From positions 186,001-250,000 of the forward strand of contig JAYWIR010000020.1 in NCBI GenBank assembly GCA_036172245.1: 64,000 nucleotides of DNA. The letters are read 5' to 3'. Shown here one piece after another: positions 13,201 through 26,114 of the stretch. This stretch comes from Raillietiella orientalis (Eukaryota). The notes below the pieces were generated by a model that was given only the letters and a program-made list of their open reading frames with translations, was not told where the DNA came from and searched no databases. The translations under genes and the position numbers were made by a program. Position 1 is the stretch's first letter, and every line of letters begins with the position of its first letter.

Positions 13201-16200
13201 AGGAGGGGAATGGGTGAGGAGCGCGGGTGGGTTCAGACCTCGAACCGGAACCGGACGAGCAAGGGAAGATCCGCTCTCGAGGAGAGGAAGGTTCGAGCTG
13301 GCAGTGGGAGGAGCGGAGAGGGGAGGGGGAAGGTGGGGGAGGGATGCTGCGATCCGCTCCTGCAGCTTTCCGTGAGCGTCGAGATGGGCAGCGGGAGGAA
13401 GGAGCAAAGCCCTCGGAAGGAGCCTGGCTCGTCTCATCTTCCCGTTTCCAAGGGGAGTGGCAGCGTCGCCCCTGTTTTCATCCTGGCGCGAGAAAGTGAT
13501 TTTCATCAGGGGGTCTTTCCCGGGGATAGGAAGAGCCGCACTCGAGAGGTGAGGAGGAGTTTCGTCCCAGCTATCCCGAATCGGACCAGACCTCCCTCCC
13601 CTCCCCCTCTTCTTTTTTTTTCTTGTCCGCTCACGACGGAGGCGGAGATCAACCAATTAGCCAATTAGCCTCCAAGAGCACGCGGTTCCTCTTGGAAGGG
13701 GGGGGGAGGCACGACTTGCGTGCGCAGTGTTCACCTCCCATCCGCACTCCAGTCGCGCCTGCGCGCAGAAGCGATGGATGCCGATCCTCCAACCTGGAAA
13801 GCTCGACCAAGAAAGATAAAAAAAGGGGGGGGGGGGAATGGAAACCCGCCACCTACTGCGTCTTCCAAGCGAGCGTCCGCGACTGATCCAGGTGGAACCC
13901 GATTCCTTCTCGGTCCTCCTCCACCGGCAGGAAAGGGTTCGGCTGCGCGCGGCGGCGGGCGTCCGCTCCTCGGAAGCCGGACTCTCGAACGCGGCGGAGT
14001 CGGCAGGCATCCCGATTCACCCACACCGAGGCACGACAACAGTGGGGATTGTCCGCGGGCCTACTCCTTCGGGTCTCGGGGAGACCCATCAGCACGCGTC
14101 CAGGAGAACCGAGCCCGAAAAACTGGAAGTGCGCGCGCGCGGAAGGTCTCCCTGCTTCCTGTCGCGCGATTCTTTCCGGCATCCGCTGCGGAAGGAGGGG
14201 GTTGGAGAAGAGGAAGAGGAGGAGGAAGATGTTCCTTGTGTAACGGTGCCCCCTTCGACGTCCCCGGAAGTCTCATCCAGTCCCGAAAAATGCACAGGAT
14301 GCCACCGCTCCCTCTCTCCCTTCCCTCCTCGTTCCGCGCGACGATCGCCTGTGCCGGCAGGCGCTCTCCACCATCCCGGTCGTCATCGCAAGAGGTCGCG
14401 ATGTGCCGGTGACCCTAATGGGACGCCGCGCGAAGCGAAATGAAGTAGCGGCCTCCGATTAGCCTGTTCCGGGAAAGGATCCATTGTTCCGGGAGGCCAA
14501 AGAACCTCCGCTGGCAGCCTCCTACCCCTCTGGACGCTCAGCCACGGGGCCAGGAGGAGCACGGACGGATGGAGGATTGGCCACCAAGGGAGCGCCAGCA
14601 ACCGCAAGAGCAGTCGTCGTAGGATCTCGAGGGGCTGAGGGACTGGGCAAGAGATCAAACGCTGCGGGGAAAAGGAGACACCCAACGTCTGCGGGATACG
14701 TGCTGGAAGCATCGGATGGGTCGCTGCCCCTGCCGGGTACACCCTCAAGAATCGCAGCCTCTTCAGGAGGGCGCTTGAAGATCAAAGAAAGCTGGTGGAC
14801 TACATGTGGGGACCTTCTGACTTTCCTTGTTGGTTGATACCTCCTTCACCAAAATGCCCCATGTCCTCGCTCCGCCGGCGGCGGATGCAGGGCTCTTCCG
14901 TCCTTTAGGATGCGCCGCTGCACCCAGTGCACCCCTTTGCCTTTTCCGCCTCCTCCAGGATCCTCTCTGCTTGGGTTCCGGGAAAGATCAGAACCCAAGC
15001 AGATCGGAAGATCTGAGGCGTGCGCAAATGACACGAATCTGACCCCCCTCTCGAATGGGGTCGTTGACGCCGCAGCAGCCCCAGCGACTCCCCGGCGCTC
15101 GTCACGCGTCTTTAGAGCCTTCCACAGGACGCGTCCTCCGCCTCGAGAATGGCCAGATGCGTTTCCTTCCTCCTTTCGGATTTCCTGGGGATCGCGCCAT
15201 CCGGTTCCTGTGCAGCGAGCGAATCCGCCGACAGACTGACGTCGGACGTGCTGCTCGGTGCGCAGCCTCCGGCACGACTGCGGTGGTGATCCGTTCCTTG
15301 AATCTTCCGAACAGTAATCTAGCGCGGCCACACGCGCGGAGTCTCACACCGCGCTCGCTTCCTTTGATACTGGTCATCCCTCTCGCGCACCTGCCCGGAT
15401 GCTTCTGTTTCGAGCTTGACAAAGGGAAACAACAAACAGCATGAACAACAATAAAAAAAAAAAAAACCAGGATCGAATTCCAAGATTCTGCTGCTCCAAA
15501 AAAAAAAAAGAAGAAGAAAGAAAGGGAAGAAAGAAATTCTTCAGCAGAAAGTTCCAGCTGGTGCCAAGAAGAATGGACACGAGTGCGAACCGCAGCTCTT
15601 AATTTCGGTACCGGAAGGCCTTTGGCCGCCACTGGCGTCTTCTCCTGAGCCGGGCGTCCTTTCCTATTGTTTCCTTGTACTTTTCAATCTCCTCCGCATG
15701 CTGTTCCGGAAAATGAAATTCTCCTGTCAGCGGCTTCCCAGGTCCCGAATTCCTTCGGAATCTCCTCCGCCAGCGCATCGCATTCCCGCGATCTTTCGAG
15801 CGACGGCAGGGAAAGGAGGAGGCGAATTTTTCCTCTGCGTTTCGGCCAATGGCGGTACTTCGGGCGCTTGAAGAATGCGGCAGGCGCTTCGCAATAATCG
15901 GATTCTTGCAGCGACGCAAGGCAGCGGCCCGTGAATTTCACAACTCGGGAAATCCGGGTTGTCGGCGGCGCAGGACGCCGCGGAAACAGAGGGAAGATCG
16001 ATGGAAAAACTTCGGGAAGGAGGACGGAAACGAAGATCGAGCAGGGATAAAAATTTGGGCACGCTGCTTGGCGGCAGGTGGGGCGCTCCACCTTTTTCCA
16101 GCGTTGCTGTACCTTCTAGGCACCGGGTCGCGCTTCTCCTCTTCCCAAAGAGGGGAACTTCCCTCGTTAAACCCATCTCTCATCATGTAGCCGATTCCCT

Positions 16201-16849
16201 GACCTTCCCAGATTTGGGGGGCGAGTCCTCTTAGAGCTGGAAATCTGGAACCGAAGGCAGGATGCAAAATAGACATCCAAGGGGCAGGGCGAGGCCAAGG
16301 ACGGAACTACACCGCGAGCTATACCGGCTGGAAAATCGGATTTGCATCTCCATGAAGGGAAGATGCACGATAACGGCACGTCTGGTCCACTGGTACATCC
16401 TCATCGACGTGGGGGTGGGTTCTGGCTTCCATTGACGCGTTCTCGACGGGAATTCCTTCGTTCCCTTCCCCTTCCGAAAACAATTAAGTGGTCCTGAAGA
16501 GCGGACCTAAGATGAGAATTTTCCATGCATGAATCCTTCAACGCACGGAAGACTCAAAGAACAAGAGGGATTGTCTGAGGAAACGACTAGGATCAACTGG
16601 ATCGATCCTCATCTCCATGAACCCGAACATCCGTCTGAAGAAAGACGGAAGCGTGGTACAGTGCTCCCGATGCAGCCAACTCCTATGGAAGGAAGGAAAG
16701 GAAAGGAAAAAGCGAGGGCTGGGAATCATTCGAAGGCAGCGAAGCTCTCCGCGGACAGCAGCGACCTGACAGACCGCATCGGCAAAGAGGGGAGGCAACG
16801 GGATGCTGGAAGCACACGCCATCCTGCCCTTCCGGCCAGTTCACTCGGA

Positions 16850-17900
16850 GCACTATGGCACGGAGGAAAATCCTACTGTACAATCTCGTTTGGTACTTGT
16901 AATAGAGCTCCAGGAAATTTTCCTAGAACATCTAGCACAACCAACAAATTCCCACCATCCGCTGCTCCTATTGGCGGGGCAACTGCTCGCTCCCAGGATG
17001 CATCTCCTCCACGTGTCCCGGTTGAGCTGGATGCTGGGCACGCATCGCATTCCTCTCCATGCTTCCACCATTGAAGGAGGCTCCAAGTTTTCTGAGCGCC
17101 TCGGTCTTTGGGTCCCGAGCTGCCAGACATCCCACCACCCGTGCTCTTACTGAGGCTTCCCCTCTGCTCTTTCTGCCGGTGAGCAAGAATAAGGACCTCT
17201 GCACCAGCTTCGTCTTTTCTTCGGGCAATTTCGTGCATGGCGACTCTACTCTTCGTTCCGAAGCACCGATTTCCACAAAGTCTTAGGTTCATCTCCAGTA
17301 TTGGATGGCTCGAGGGTCACCAGCTTCCCATTTTCCCTGAGTCCTCTCGCTGATTTGGTTGACCAGGAGGCAAGACGACCAACTGGTTGAGATCCAGATC
17401 TTCTTGTCGAGGACTCTTCCCACATCAAGCACCTCTCGTCCATTCGGATCCTCGTAGCTCCAAGAGCGGGGCCGAGGTGGCGTGAGAAGGAGCGCGCTCG
17501 AGTTGCGTAGTAACCAGACATGCCGTTTCCAAGGAACGGCTGGCCGTTTTCGAGTCTCCCGAACATGGCAAACTCTTCGCGCGTGCTCGTCAGCTACCGG
17601 AACGACGTGCTGGAAGCTGCTGCGCCTTCACACGAAATCAAAATGCATCCTGCGGGAGGGATTTTCCTTCAGCCTGTCACGGTGATGGGTGGACCAGCAT
17701 CGATGTTGAGCCCGGGATGCTGAGCCCCTGAGGAAAGGGGCACTGGATACGGGTGTGCCAGGATGACGCCACAATCGACCGGACGGTCGAACCGTCGATA
17801 CTGCGGAAACGGCGGCGGGCAATCCTTTTTTTTGATTTCGCAACCCGCCCTTGAACTCTGACACACGGCAAGTGGTTTGACCACATCCGAATTTACTCCA
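16850..17900 (+). mobile_element. Decayed putative LINE ORF1-family remnant
   Basis: Frameshifted motifs LLHVSRL, GDSTL..KHRFPQ...IGWLEG, KCILREG and IDVE, plus a knuckle-like cacacggcaagtggtttgaccacatc (about 17861-17886). They occur in the same order as in 51230-52450. Confidence 0.5.
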
Positions 17901-20900
17901 CAGGCTGGCCTCCGTTTGGTTATTCGCAGCTTCTTCCTGCGAATTTTTTTTCCCCGTGAGTGGTGGCTGCATCTCGGCATGAACAACGTGTTCGAGGAAG
18001 GGAGGAGCCAACGTGTCTTGCCCTTTCGGGCTCCTTCCGTCCCTCAACAAAGTCCGACGGCCGTCACCTCGCGTAAATCAGTGCCGTCGAGCAGCAGCAG
18101 CGGTGTTCCTGCTTGTTCGAAGCCAGGAAAACGGGGAACAAAAAAAAATGCTGCCAATTGGTGGTTTCCTTCCTTCGCTTCCTCCGAGTCAAGTGCCCAC
18201 ATTGCCCAGGGAACAGTGACTTTCGGGGGCCACGGGCGTCATCTGGCCTCTCGTGCTGTCCAGATGACGAGTAACGAAATCTTTTTTACGCATCTTCGAG
18301 TCGCTCGTTCAGTCAAAGGTCACATACACAGTCTTTCCCTCCCCACAACCTCCTTCTCACTGTCCCTTCCAAGCCACGGACGGAAGGAAGGAACGGCACC
18401 GCCGCGTCTCTTGGTGCCACGGTGAGGCATCCTCTCCTTCTCGCCCTTGAAAATGGTGCTTCCGGAAAAAAAGAGGAAAAGACGATTCGGCGAAACTCCC
18501 CTCCCCGGTCGTTCAGCTCGTCTGCGCAGGATGGGAAAGCTCGGGGAAGATCCGCACGAGTCAGGCGGCAGCATCGGATGGTTTCCACGTAGAGGAGCGG
18601 TTGTGCCGGACTGCAAGAGAAGGCAACTCGGCTCAGTTCTCCAAATCCATAATCTCATGCTCCGCCTTGCTGCCTCCATTTACGCCGATAGACGTTCGCG
18701 TGCTGCGCCACGCGAATCCACCCATTTCTCGCAGCATCGATCAATTCCGGCTGCACGGTCGTCTTCGTCACGTGACGGTAATGGGATGAAATTAGCTTGC
18801 AGGCTGCATTTCGGTCCTCCAAGACGGGTGTGAGTTCCAAAAAGGGGTGGGTGGGGGAGAGGAGGGGAAGGGAAACGTGGATTGTGTTTTACTCGACCAT
18901 ATAAGTGCCAATTACTCGGGAGCAATTAAATTATGCATATTCATGGATATTTTATTCCAGCTTTCTCCTACTACGCCCTTTGCATCTGATCTGCCCGGAA
19001 AAAAGAAAGTTCCTTTTTTTTTGGCTCTTTCCGCTTCGCTCACTTGGAACCAGAAGAGTCGAATTAATTGATCGCGCACTGCATATGAAAATAATTCAAT
19101 GAGGTTCGAGTGCGCCCGCCCGTCGAAGGGAAGACGCGCTGGAAGCACCGTCGTTCTGTGAGCTCCCCCTTGCCTCCGAGTTTTGCTGCTGCCTCACACA
19201 CGGGTTCTTTCCTCGCGTGAGGATCGCCCGGCGGAACGAAGAGCCGCAGGAAGCGCTCAGGCGGAGGCTCCCTGGGTCGAAGACGACGGAGCCGTCGTTC
19301 GAGCTTGGGTGCTCCTCTTCGGCTGATCCAGGGGGTGGAGGGGACGATGGGCCTCCTCGAAGAGCGACGGATATATCCTCGAGCTGCCGACTGCTCGGAC
19401 AGAAAAACGACGACTCCAGCGAGGTGGAGTGGACCTCCCCCCAGCACCCGCTTTCTTATCGGAACCTGAGAAGGGATGGTGGTGCTGCTGCCCCCTCCGC
19501 AAGCGAACCCGCCCGCCCGTCACCCGCGCGCGGCAACAAATCCGACCAGCCAATTCCGTGAGCCAGGAGCTGGCAGGAAGCCTAGCCACCGCTACACACG
19601 CGTGCAGGAGAGAGAGAGAGATGCCGGATACAACCCCCGGAGTGGGGCGTGCGGCGAGAGGAGGACCGCGGAAACCTTCCGAACCTTATCCACACGAACA
19701 ATCTTCCGCCGAGATTTTTTTCCGATTTTCCAGAAGAGCGGAACGCGCGCTAATTGAGGAATGGCCGCGCCGGGTACCCGGCAGCTACCGGCATGCCCCT
19801 GAGCTTAGCGCCGGGGAGCAGCAGGAGCGCCAGCTTTTCCCGATAACGGCGACGACAACGAGGAGATGGAAGTTCGACCGCAGCATCCCTCCTTCCTCCC
19901 CCAGTGCACCACCACGTCCCGAGAAAGAGGATAAACAAGCGTTCCGGAAAATTAGGGAGAGGGAGGATCTCGGAGGAGGAAAATTCGCGTTTGCAGATAG
20001 CAGTGGGAGTGGAGGCTGGCGGATTCCCCCTCGGCCGGGAAAGAAGTGGAGCAGCGAGCCGAGAGGCGGAGGGCGTCAAGGACGGGGAGTGTCTCCGCTC
20101 GTTTCCAGGCCACGGGACTTCTCGGCAAAAAGGCAGCGGCGCGGCTCTCGGGCGTTTGCGATCGGGCGCTCCGTAGCAACCGGGAAAGAGCACCGCGAAG
20201 TGCATCGGTGCCACCGGAAGCTCGAGGACAAGGCTGAGGGAAGACACAGCGAGGAGGACCAGCCTTCGGAGCAATCGCTGTCTCTGCGGAGACCGGGAGG
20301 TTCCGAGAGGGCAAAAGCGTGAGCCCATCTCTCCGATGACGGAAGGTTCTAGGAGGAAAAAACGCGACCTACCAAGGTGAACACCTTCAGAGATTCCTTG
20401 GAAACGCTTCGTCGCCGCTTTCTAGGAAACTCCAACCGAAAATCGATAATTTGGGAGGGAAGGAGGGAAGGAAGCTCCCCATTCGGAGTCTCGAACTTGG
20501 CCCATTGGGGGCGCTGTCCAGAGCCTACGAACCGAGGAACCGAGGAATAACCGAGGAACTTTCGCATTCCCTGGATACTGAAGGATGAGGTTTTTTTGCG
20601 CTCAGTGGGCAACCTTGGCCGTTTGGCGTTCCCTCCATCGAGAGGGACAGCGGCAAGGGGGTCGCTCCGCTGTTTGGTCTTCAAGCATTTGGGGAGGGCG
20701 GCACCCGGAAAGTAGGGACGAGTAAGCAACGAGCGAGCTGTCCCCCCCCCCCCCCCCCTTCACCACTTCTGAAAAGTGCAACATCTCGCTCTTCTCTCGG
20801 AAGGTCCGGAGGAAGGGCAAGGAGCGGACGGGGAACGATCCTTCGCCCCGAGGGCACTTGCCAGCACGGGCACGGCGAAGGAACCAACGGGCCGAGGGAG

Positions 20901-21551
20901 AGACACGCAGCCGTGCTGCCAGCTGGCGCCAGTTGCTCCAAGCTGCTCACCCTGCCGAAGCGCGGAAGGGGAGGAGCCGCCGAGTGGCTTCCGACAGCCG
21001 ACAACGAGGCTGCCAGAGGTGGGCGGGTTCCCCTCACACTGGCCTGCCATTCGGGTGCGGACGCGAATCCGCCTCTCTCCACATCCGTGGCAGCTCCGAA
21101 CGCTGCGAGGAGACGAACGTGCGGAAGAATCGATGAATGCAGCTTCTCCGCTCGTCCGAAAGGCTGCCTCGAGTAGTACCGGTTCCTCCCTCCTCCCTCG
21201 CCTCCCTCCTTTTCTCCTCCTGTGCGCACCGGAGGACACCTAGGAGTCGCTCACGTCCTCGCATTCCATGCGATCTTCTCCGCACCGTCACCGACAGTTT
21301 CGGGATGCGGGAAGAGGTGAGATCGCGATGAGGTTTCGCGGACAAGAGGATTCTTTCTCAGAGGGGAAGAGATGGAAGCGATGCCTGGGGGGGAAGGGGC
21401 TTCTCCTCGGTAATTCCCAAGGGCTGAGCTTTCTGCGCCGAGGAGTAGGTCGCTCTGCAGCCTTCGAACTTCCAGGAGGAACTGTTTTCGGAAAAGCACA
21501 AGGAGGACGCAAGGAGAGGAAACGATGGAAGGGTTCGGAAGATTGGGAAGC

Positions 21552-22164
21552 TGAGCGCGCACGAGTCGAGTAATCGGGATGGGACCAAACCATGAATCCA
21601 TGAAGGACTCAGGAGGAAGCAGTACGTTCCTCTCACGCTTGGGAGGCAACCCGACGGAGGCCTCCCTCATTTTTCCTCCGGAGGGAACCCGCCAGGGACC
21701 GCTCCTTGTTGGTACTCATCTGAAGAGTACCCCGAAGGGATACTTCCCAATTTTCTCTGAAAGGTCGCTCCCGAAGGGAGAAGCGCACTTCTAAACACTC
21801 TGGAGAAATATCAACCATCTCCATGATACTCGATGAAGGGTTTCCCCTCGGAAGGGGAGAGGGGAGGGGACGGCTCCATTTTCTCAACCAGAGTGGAGCC
21901 CCCAAGGAAACCGATTCCTTGATTCCTGGAAGAATCCGGAGGTTCAACTTCCAATCCCGCCCACTCAACGGGGCATCCAGTTTCCAGCTGCTTCCACCAG
22001 TGCCGCACACGAATAGAACAACCAACATCATCTTGCCGGGAAGGGAACCCGAAACCCACTACGCACCAATTTCTCCGCGTCGACCGTTTCCCGGACGGGA
22101 TTCGAACCCTCGACACTCGCTAGAACGCGCGAAGCTCGCAGCCACGTGGCCTCCAAAGTGGGAG
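21552..22164 (-). mobile_element. tRNA-derived SINE-like element, copy 3
   Basis: GAGGGTTCGAATCCCGT B-box on the minus strand at about 22095-22111. Colinear body (catgaatcca, cgttcctctcacgc, ccccgaaggga, gcgcacttct, cactctggaga). Confidence 0.85.
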
Positions 22165-25100
22165 TAGGAATGGTTCCCGATGGCAGGCTCAGGGTGGTGA
22201 ACACGAGGATGCGCCAAGTCGCCATAAGCAAGTGTCACGCGGCGTGGAAGCGCTCTCAAGCTGGGACACGTGGTTGAAAATCCCGGAAGACCACCATCAG
22301 ACCGAAACCACCCCAGAGACATCGAAGCCGAAACGCGAAAAGACAGAGGTGGAACGCAGTAATGCAAAGTGGTCCTCCTACGAAATCAAGGAAGGCCCCG
22401 TGGGACCAAGAGAAGCCATTTTGGAAGTCCGCTCCGATGTGCTTCATCTCTTCCAGGAACAGCCGAGTGTGAAATGAGGGAGAGAAGATGCACATCGTGA
22501 GCCCAAACCTGCGAAAAAGAATTCCGAACACAACAAGGAGCACTTTTCTGTTACTTCTGGGAACAATAGACCCATTTTGGGAGCACTTAAAGGTATCGTT
22601 GGAGGCAGATCGACTCCTTCAAGGCACTGAGAGCATCGGGTGTGATGTGAAGGGATTTTATGAGGAACGGGGTCCACTTGGAAGCTTGAGTGGTCTGAGA
22701 TAAAATGCGGTCCTCAATTGTTGTGGCTGGAGTCCAGCAAAAAGGAAACAGAAAATCCAGAGAGCAGAGGTGAGCCAGTGATCCCAGTCTGTTTCCCCGC
22801 ACTAAGCCTGGAGTATTGACCTTTAGTCGTGCGTTTGGGACTAAGACGGGGTCAATCTTTTGGGCTAAGGCAAAAAATTGCCTAATAGGAGTTACCTGAA
22901 TCCGGTAACCAAGCAACCCGAAGAGCAAATCAAAAAGCAACAGGGAGGACGTTGTTAAAAATGAAACCAAGTGTTCGCCACGCTTGACAGCACTGTTTTC
23001 GATCGAATAGGTTTGCAATTTATCCCTACAAACACCTAGTAGCTAATTCAATTGAAAATCTTAACAGCATTACAAATTGTATTGCCATTTATAATCCTTC
23101 TTGCCAACATTTCCCTTCACGATACTCTGATCATTGGATACCAACACTATTTTTCTTAGAACACCCAGGAAAATAAATGAATCGGTATGAATACGTGGTA
23201 GCTACATCCTTCTATAGATTAGCATGATGCTCGGAATACGATACAGTTATTATCACATGATGCATTAGCAAATCAGCAAAGTATCACATAATGCGATGGT
23301 GAACGCATGCAACTGACGCAAACACATAGTAATGCATATGAATGACTATCACTTGTTTTCAGTTCATGCCAGTTCCCTGTCTGTAAACCGAGAATCTCAA
23401 GCGCTGAAGATGTGAGAAATTTCGAGAGCTCCTTTCGAATCGAAAGGAGATCTCGAATAAACCATCGGTAAATAAATAAATTTACCATCGGTAAATCATG
23501 GTAAGGTGAAGTTTTCCGAGGTCTCCCTTCCCGTCCTCGACTACACTATTGCCCTTGAGCAAGGCTGGGAAGGTGGACGGTGAAAGGGAAAGAAGGCAGC
23601 GACCAAGTGCAGTCGTCGAATCTGTCAATAAAAAGCGGTTGCCGCAGTGACGCTCTGTGCAGTTGGTCGATGGTTCTATGAAATATTGAAGAGGTGCTTC
23701 TGATGTTGGTTGGTGTTGATCTCTCGTCCACACTGCGATTTCGTTCGGGAGCAGGGATGAGCTATCTCCGGTTCTGGCTATGTGTGTGTCTCATGGAGAT
23801 ACGCATCATCCATCGTTATCTTTAAAAAAGGCTTTAACGGGGATCAGCATGCAAACTCAGCGGACAGCGTGCGCTCCGGAAGTGCGGAATTGAAAGATAG
23901 AAAAAGGTTTACTTGCTCGCTGAGCTTTCATCTGATTCAGAACTTCTTCCCAATCGATTCAAGGTAGGACGGGTGCTCCTCGAACCTCCATCGCTGCAAT
24001 GTCCAATCGAAGATTAAGAACAGCTACAAGAAAAACAAAAACACAATGCTTTATCTCGAGGGATCTGAGCCGTTCGTGCTGAGAAGGGGAGCTTCGCTGA
24101 ATTTCGCTCCGCGGGCTGCTTAGGCTCGCTGGGTGGTGCTGCTTGCCACGAGGACGCCGTTCTTTTCCGCAAGGCGAGCGCCAGACGTGAGCTTATCGCA
24201 ACGGCAGTAGCAGAAACGACGGTCAAAGAAGACGCGTGTCACTGAGAGACCGAGCCCACTTTCCTCCTCCCACCCCATCCCGACGGCAGATGGCACGGGT
24301 TCTCACTGTCCCACCAATACCACAACACTCGCACAGGAGCAGCACAAATGGATATCGGCGCAGGCATTTCCTCAAGCATCCAGATTAAGAAGTGGATGAG
24401 GAAAGTGCTTCTCCGATGCAGAGATCTTGGCGGTCCTGTCGTCAAAGCGAGAAATCTTCCCTCCCCCCCCCCCTCCCTTCTCAGAATTCTCTTGCACTTT
24501 CGGAACGGACGTCCTTTGCATTTGCTGATACGCGAAATTGAAAACGAACCACGGACCGTTTGATGAAGAAGGGTAGTCCCAAAGATTACTACGAAATACT
24601 CCTAGTTTCACGAAAAGGAAAGTGCACCGATGGGTGCCATAAACAAAAATCAGAAGCTCCCACTGTGTCGAGGTTCCCGTTTATCCCGCGCTGCTTGGGT
24701 ACCCCGAAGGCTTTGAAAAAATGGTAACCTAAGCGATCTCATCTTGGGGGCTTAATAAGTAGTTTACGCATCTGCTCTCTCGTCGCAATCCCCACAGTGC
24801 TTTTTAGATACTGAAAGGAATTCTTTTAACGTACCCCATGAGATGCACCCAGGAGACGGTTTCCCCCCCTACTCTGCCTGCTTTTGTGCATCCTCTCAAT
24901 CTATCTGCCTCCTAATCGCATGGAGTACGGGTCCACATGGTTTACGACTGGAAATGCAGCCGAAAAAGATTGCCCCTCATCCCCTGCTATCTTATACCGT
25001 GCCCATCCCTCCTAAGAGAGGAAGGCTTCCACATCTGGGAAAACGTTATCCCGGATGATCATGCCATCCCACAGCCACGATCCAAAGGTTCTCGTTTCAC

Positions 25101-25483
25101 CAACATCATCCACCATTTGTTTCTCCATCTTCTCCTTCTCCCTCTTTACCTTGCAGTATTCGTGCGAAGGACATGTTTAAATCCAACGCCCCATTTCCTG
25201 CCTACTCCATTCTCTTCAAGAGGAGAGGATGGTCTAGAGAGACCGCTAGTTCGTGATGAGTAGGGCGTGTCTGCCTCCAGAGAAGGTCAAATCTCCAGCT
25301 CTGACACTCTTTTACAGTCCCTCTCCGATCTACAGGAATAATTTCCCTACCCCCGGAACGAGCGACGAGCAGAAGGGGTATTCCCTTCTTTCGGATCCTC
25401 GCTGAGGTTTCGGGTTTTCCTTTTTTTTTTGGTTCTCCGAGTGCTGAGGATCGTTCGCCTCCCCAGGGGAGGAGGACTCGCAA

Positions 25484-26114
25484 AGCTCTTTAACAGTTCA
25501 CGCCACTCAGGAGTGCGCGTGACTCTTCAAGTTAGGGGGGGAACCCGGAGGGACCATCCTATGAATCCAGGAAGGCGCCGGAGGAAGGAGTTCGTTCCTC
25601 TTATTCTTGGTAGGGAACCCTGAAGAGGACCCCATCATAGTTGCCAGAAGGGGACTCCGCTTCTGAAATTTCTCCTCCGGAGGGAACCTTGAAGGGAATT
25701 GCTCCTTGTTTGCTCCTCTGAGGAGAACCCCAAAGAGACTCTTCCCAGTTTTTCTGAAGAGCACCTTCCCGACGGAAGCAGCGCACTCCTGACACTCTGG
25801 AGAAGCATTCAACCAGCTCCATGGTACACGATGGAGGGCAATTCGATTTTACAACCGGAGGAGAACCGGCTCCTTGATTTCTGGAAGGACCCCGGAGGGT
25901 CAACTCCCAATCCCTGCCGGTCAACGTTGGCATCCGGCTTCCACTGGTTCCGCACCCGAATTTCTATAAGGCCAACCAGCGCCATCCTGCAGGGAAGGGA
26001 CTCGAAATCCACAACGCGCCCATTTCTCGGAGTCCATCTTCCACTTGGGGATTGGAACCCGCAACTCTTGGCACTGAGCGCGGAGACCGTAGCCACGCGG
26101 CCGCCAACGTGGGC
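25484..26114 (-). mobile_element. tRNA-derived SINE-like element, copy 4
   Basis: Head GCCCACGTTGGCGGCCGCGTGGCTACGGTC...GCGGGTTCCAATCCC, with a D-arm-like GGCCG/CGGTC pairing. Units at about 25533, 25566, 25607, 25643, 25676, 25718, 25752, 25796, 25854 and 25880. Confidence 0.85.

Noticed and set aside
12005..14443. Long overlapping ORFs of 200-320 aa on both strands
   Set aside because: Arg/Pro/Gly/Ser-rich low-complexity translations in several frames at once, typical of stop-poor GC-rich non-coding DNA; no domain motifs.
22230..22290. Knuckle-like WKR..KLGHVVEN
   Set aside because: The cysteines are absent and a frameshift is needed; not enough to call.
23461..23497. 13-bp direct repeat accatcggtaaat, two copies
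   Set aside because: A local micro-duplication with only a short AT spacer; no element between the copies.
24661..24799. CACTGTG...CACAGTG (RSS/Transib-like termini)
   Set aside because: The match is limited to 7 bp, with no extended TIR and no 5-bp TSD.
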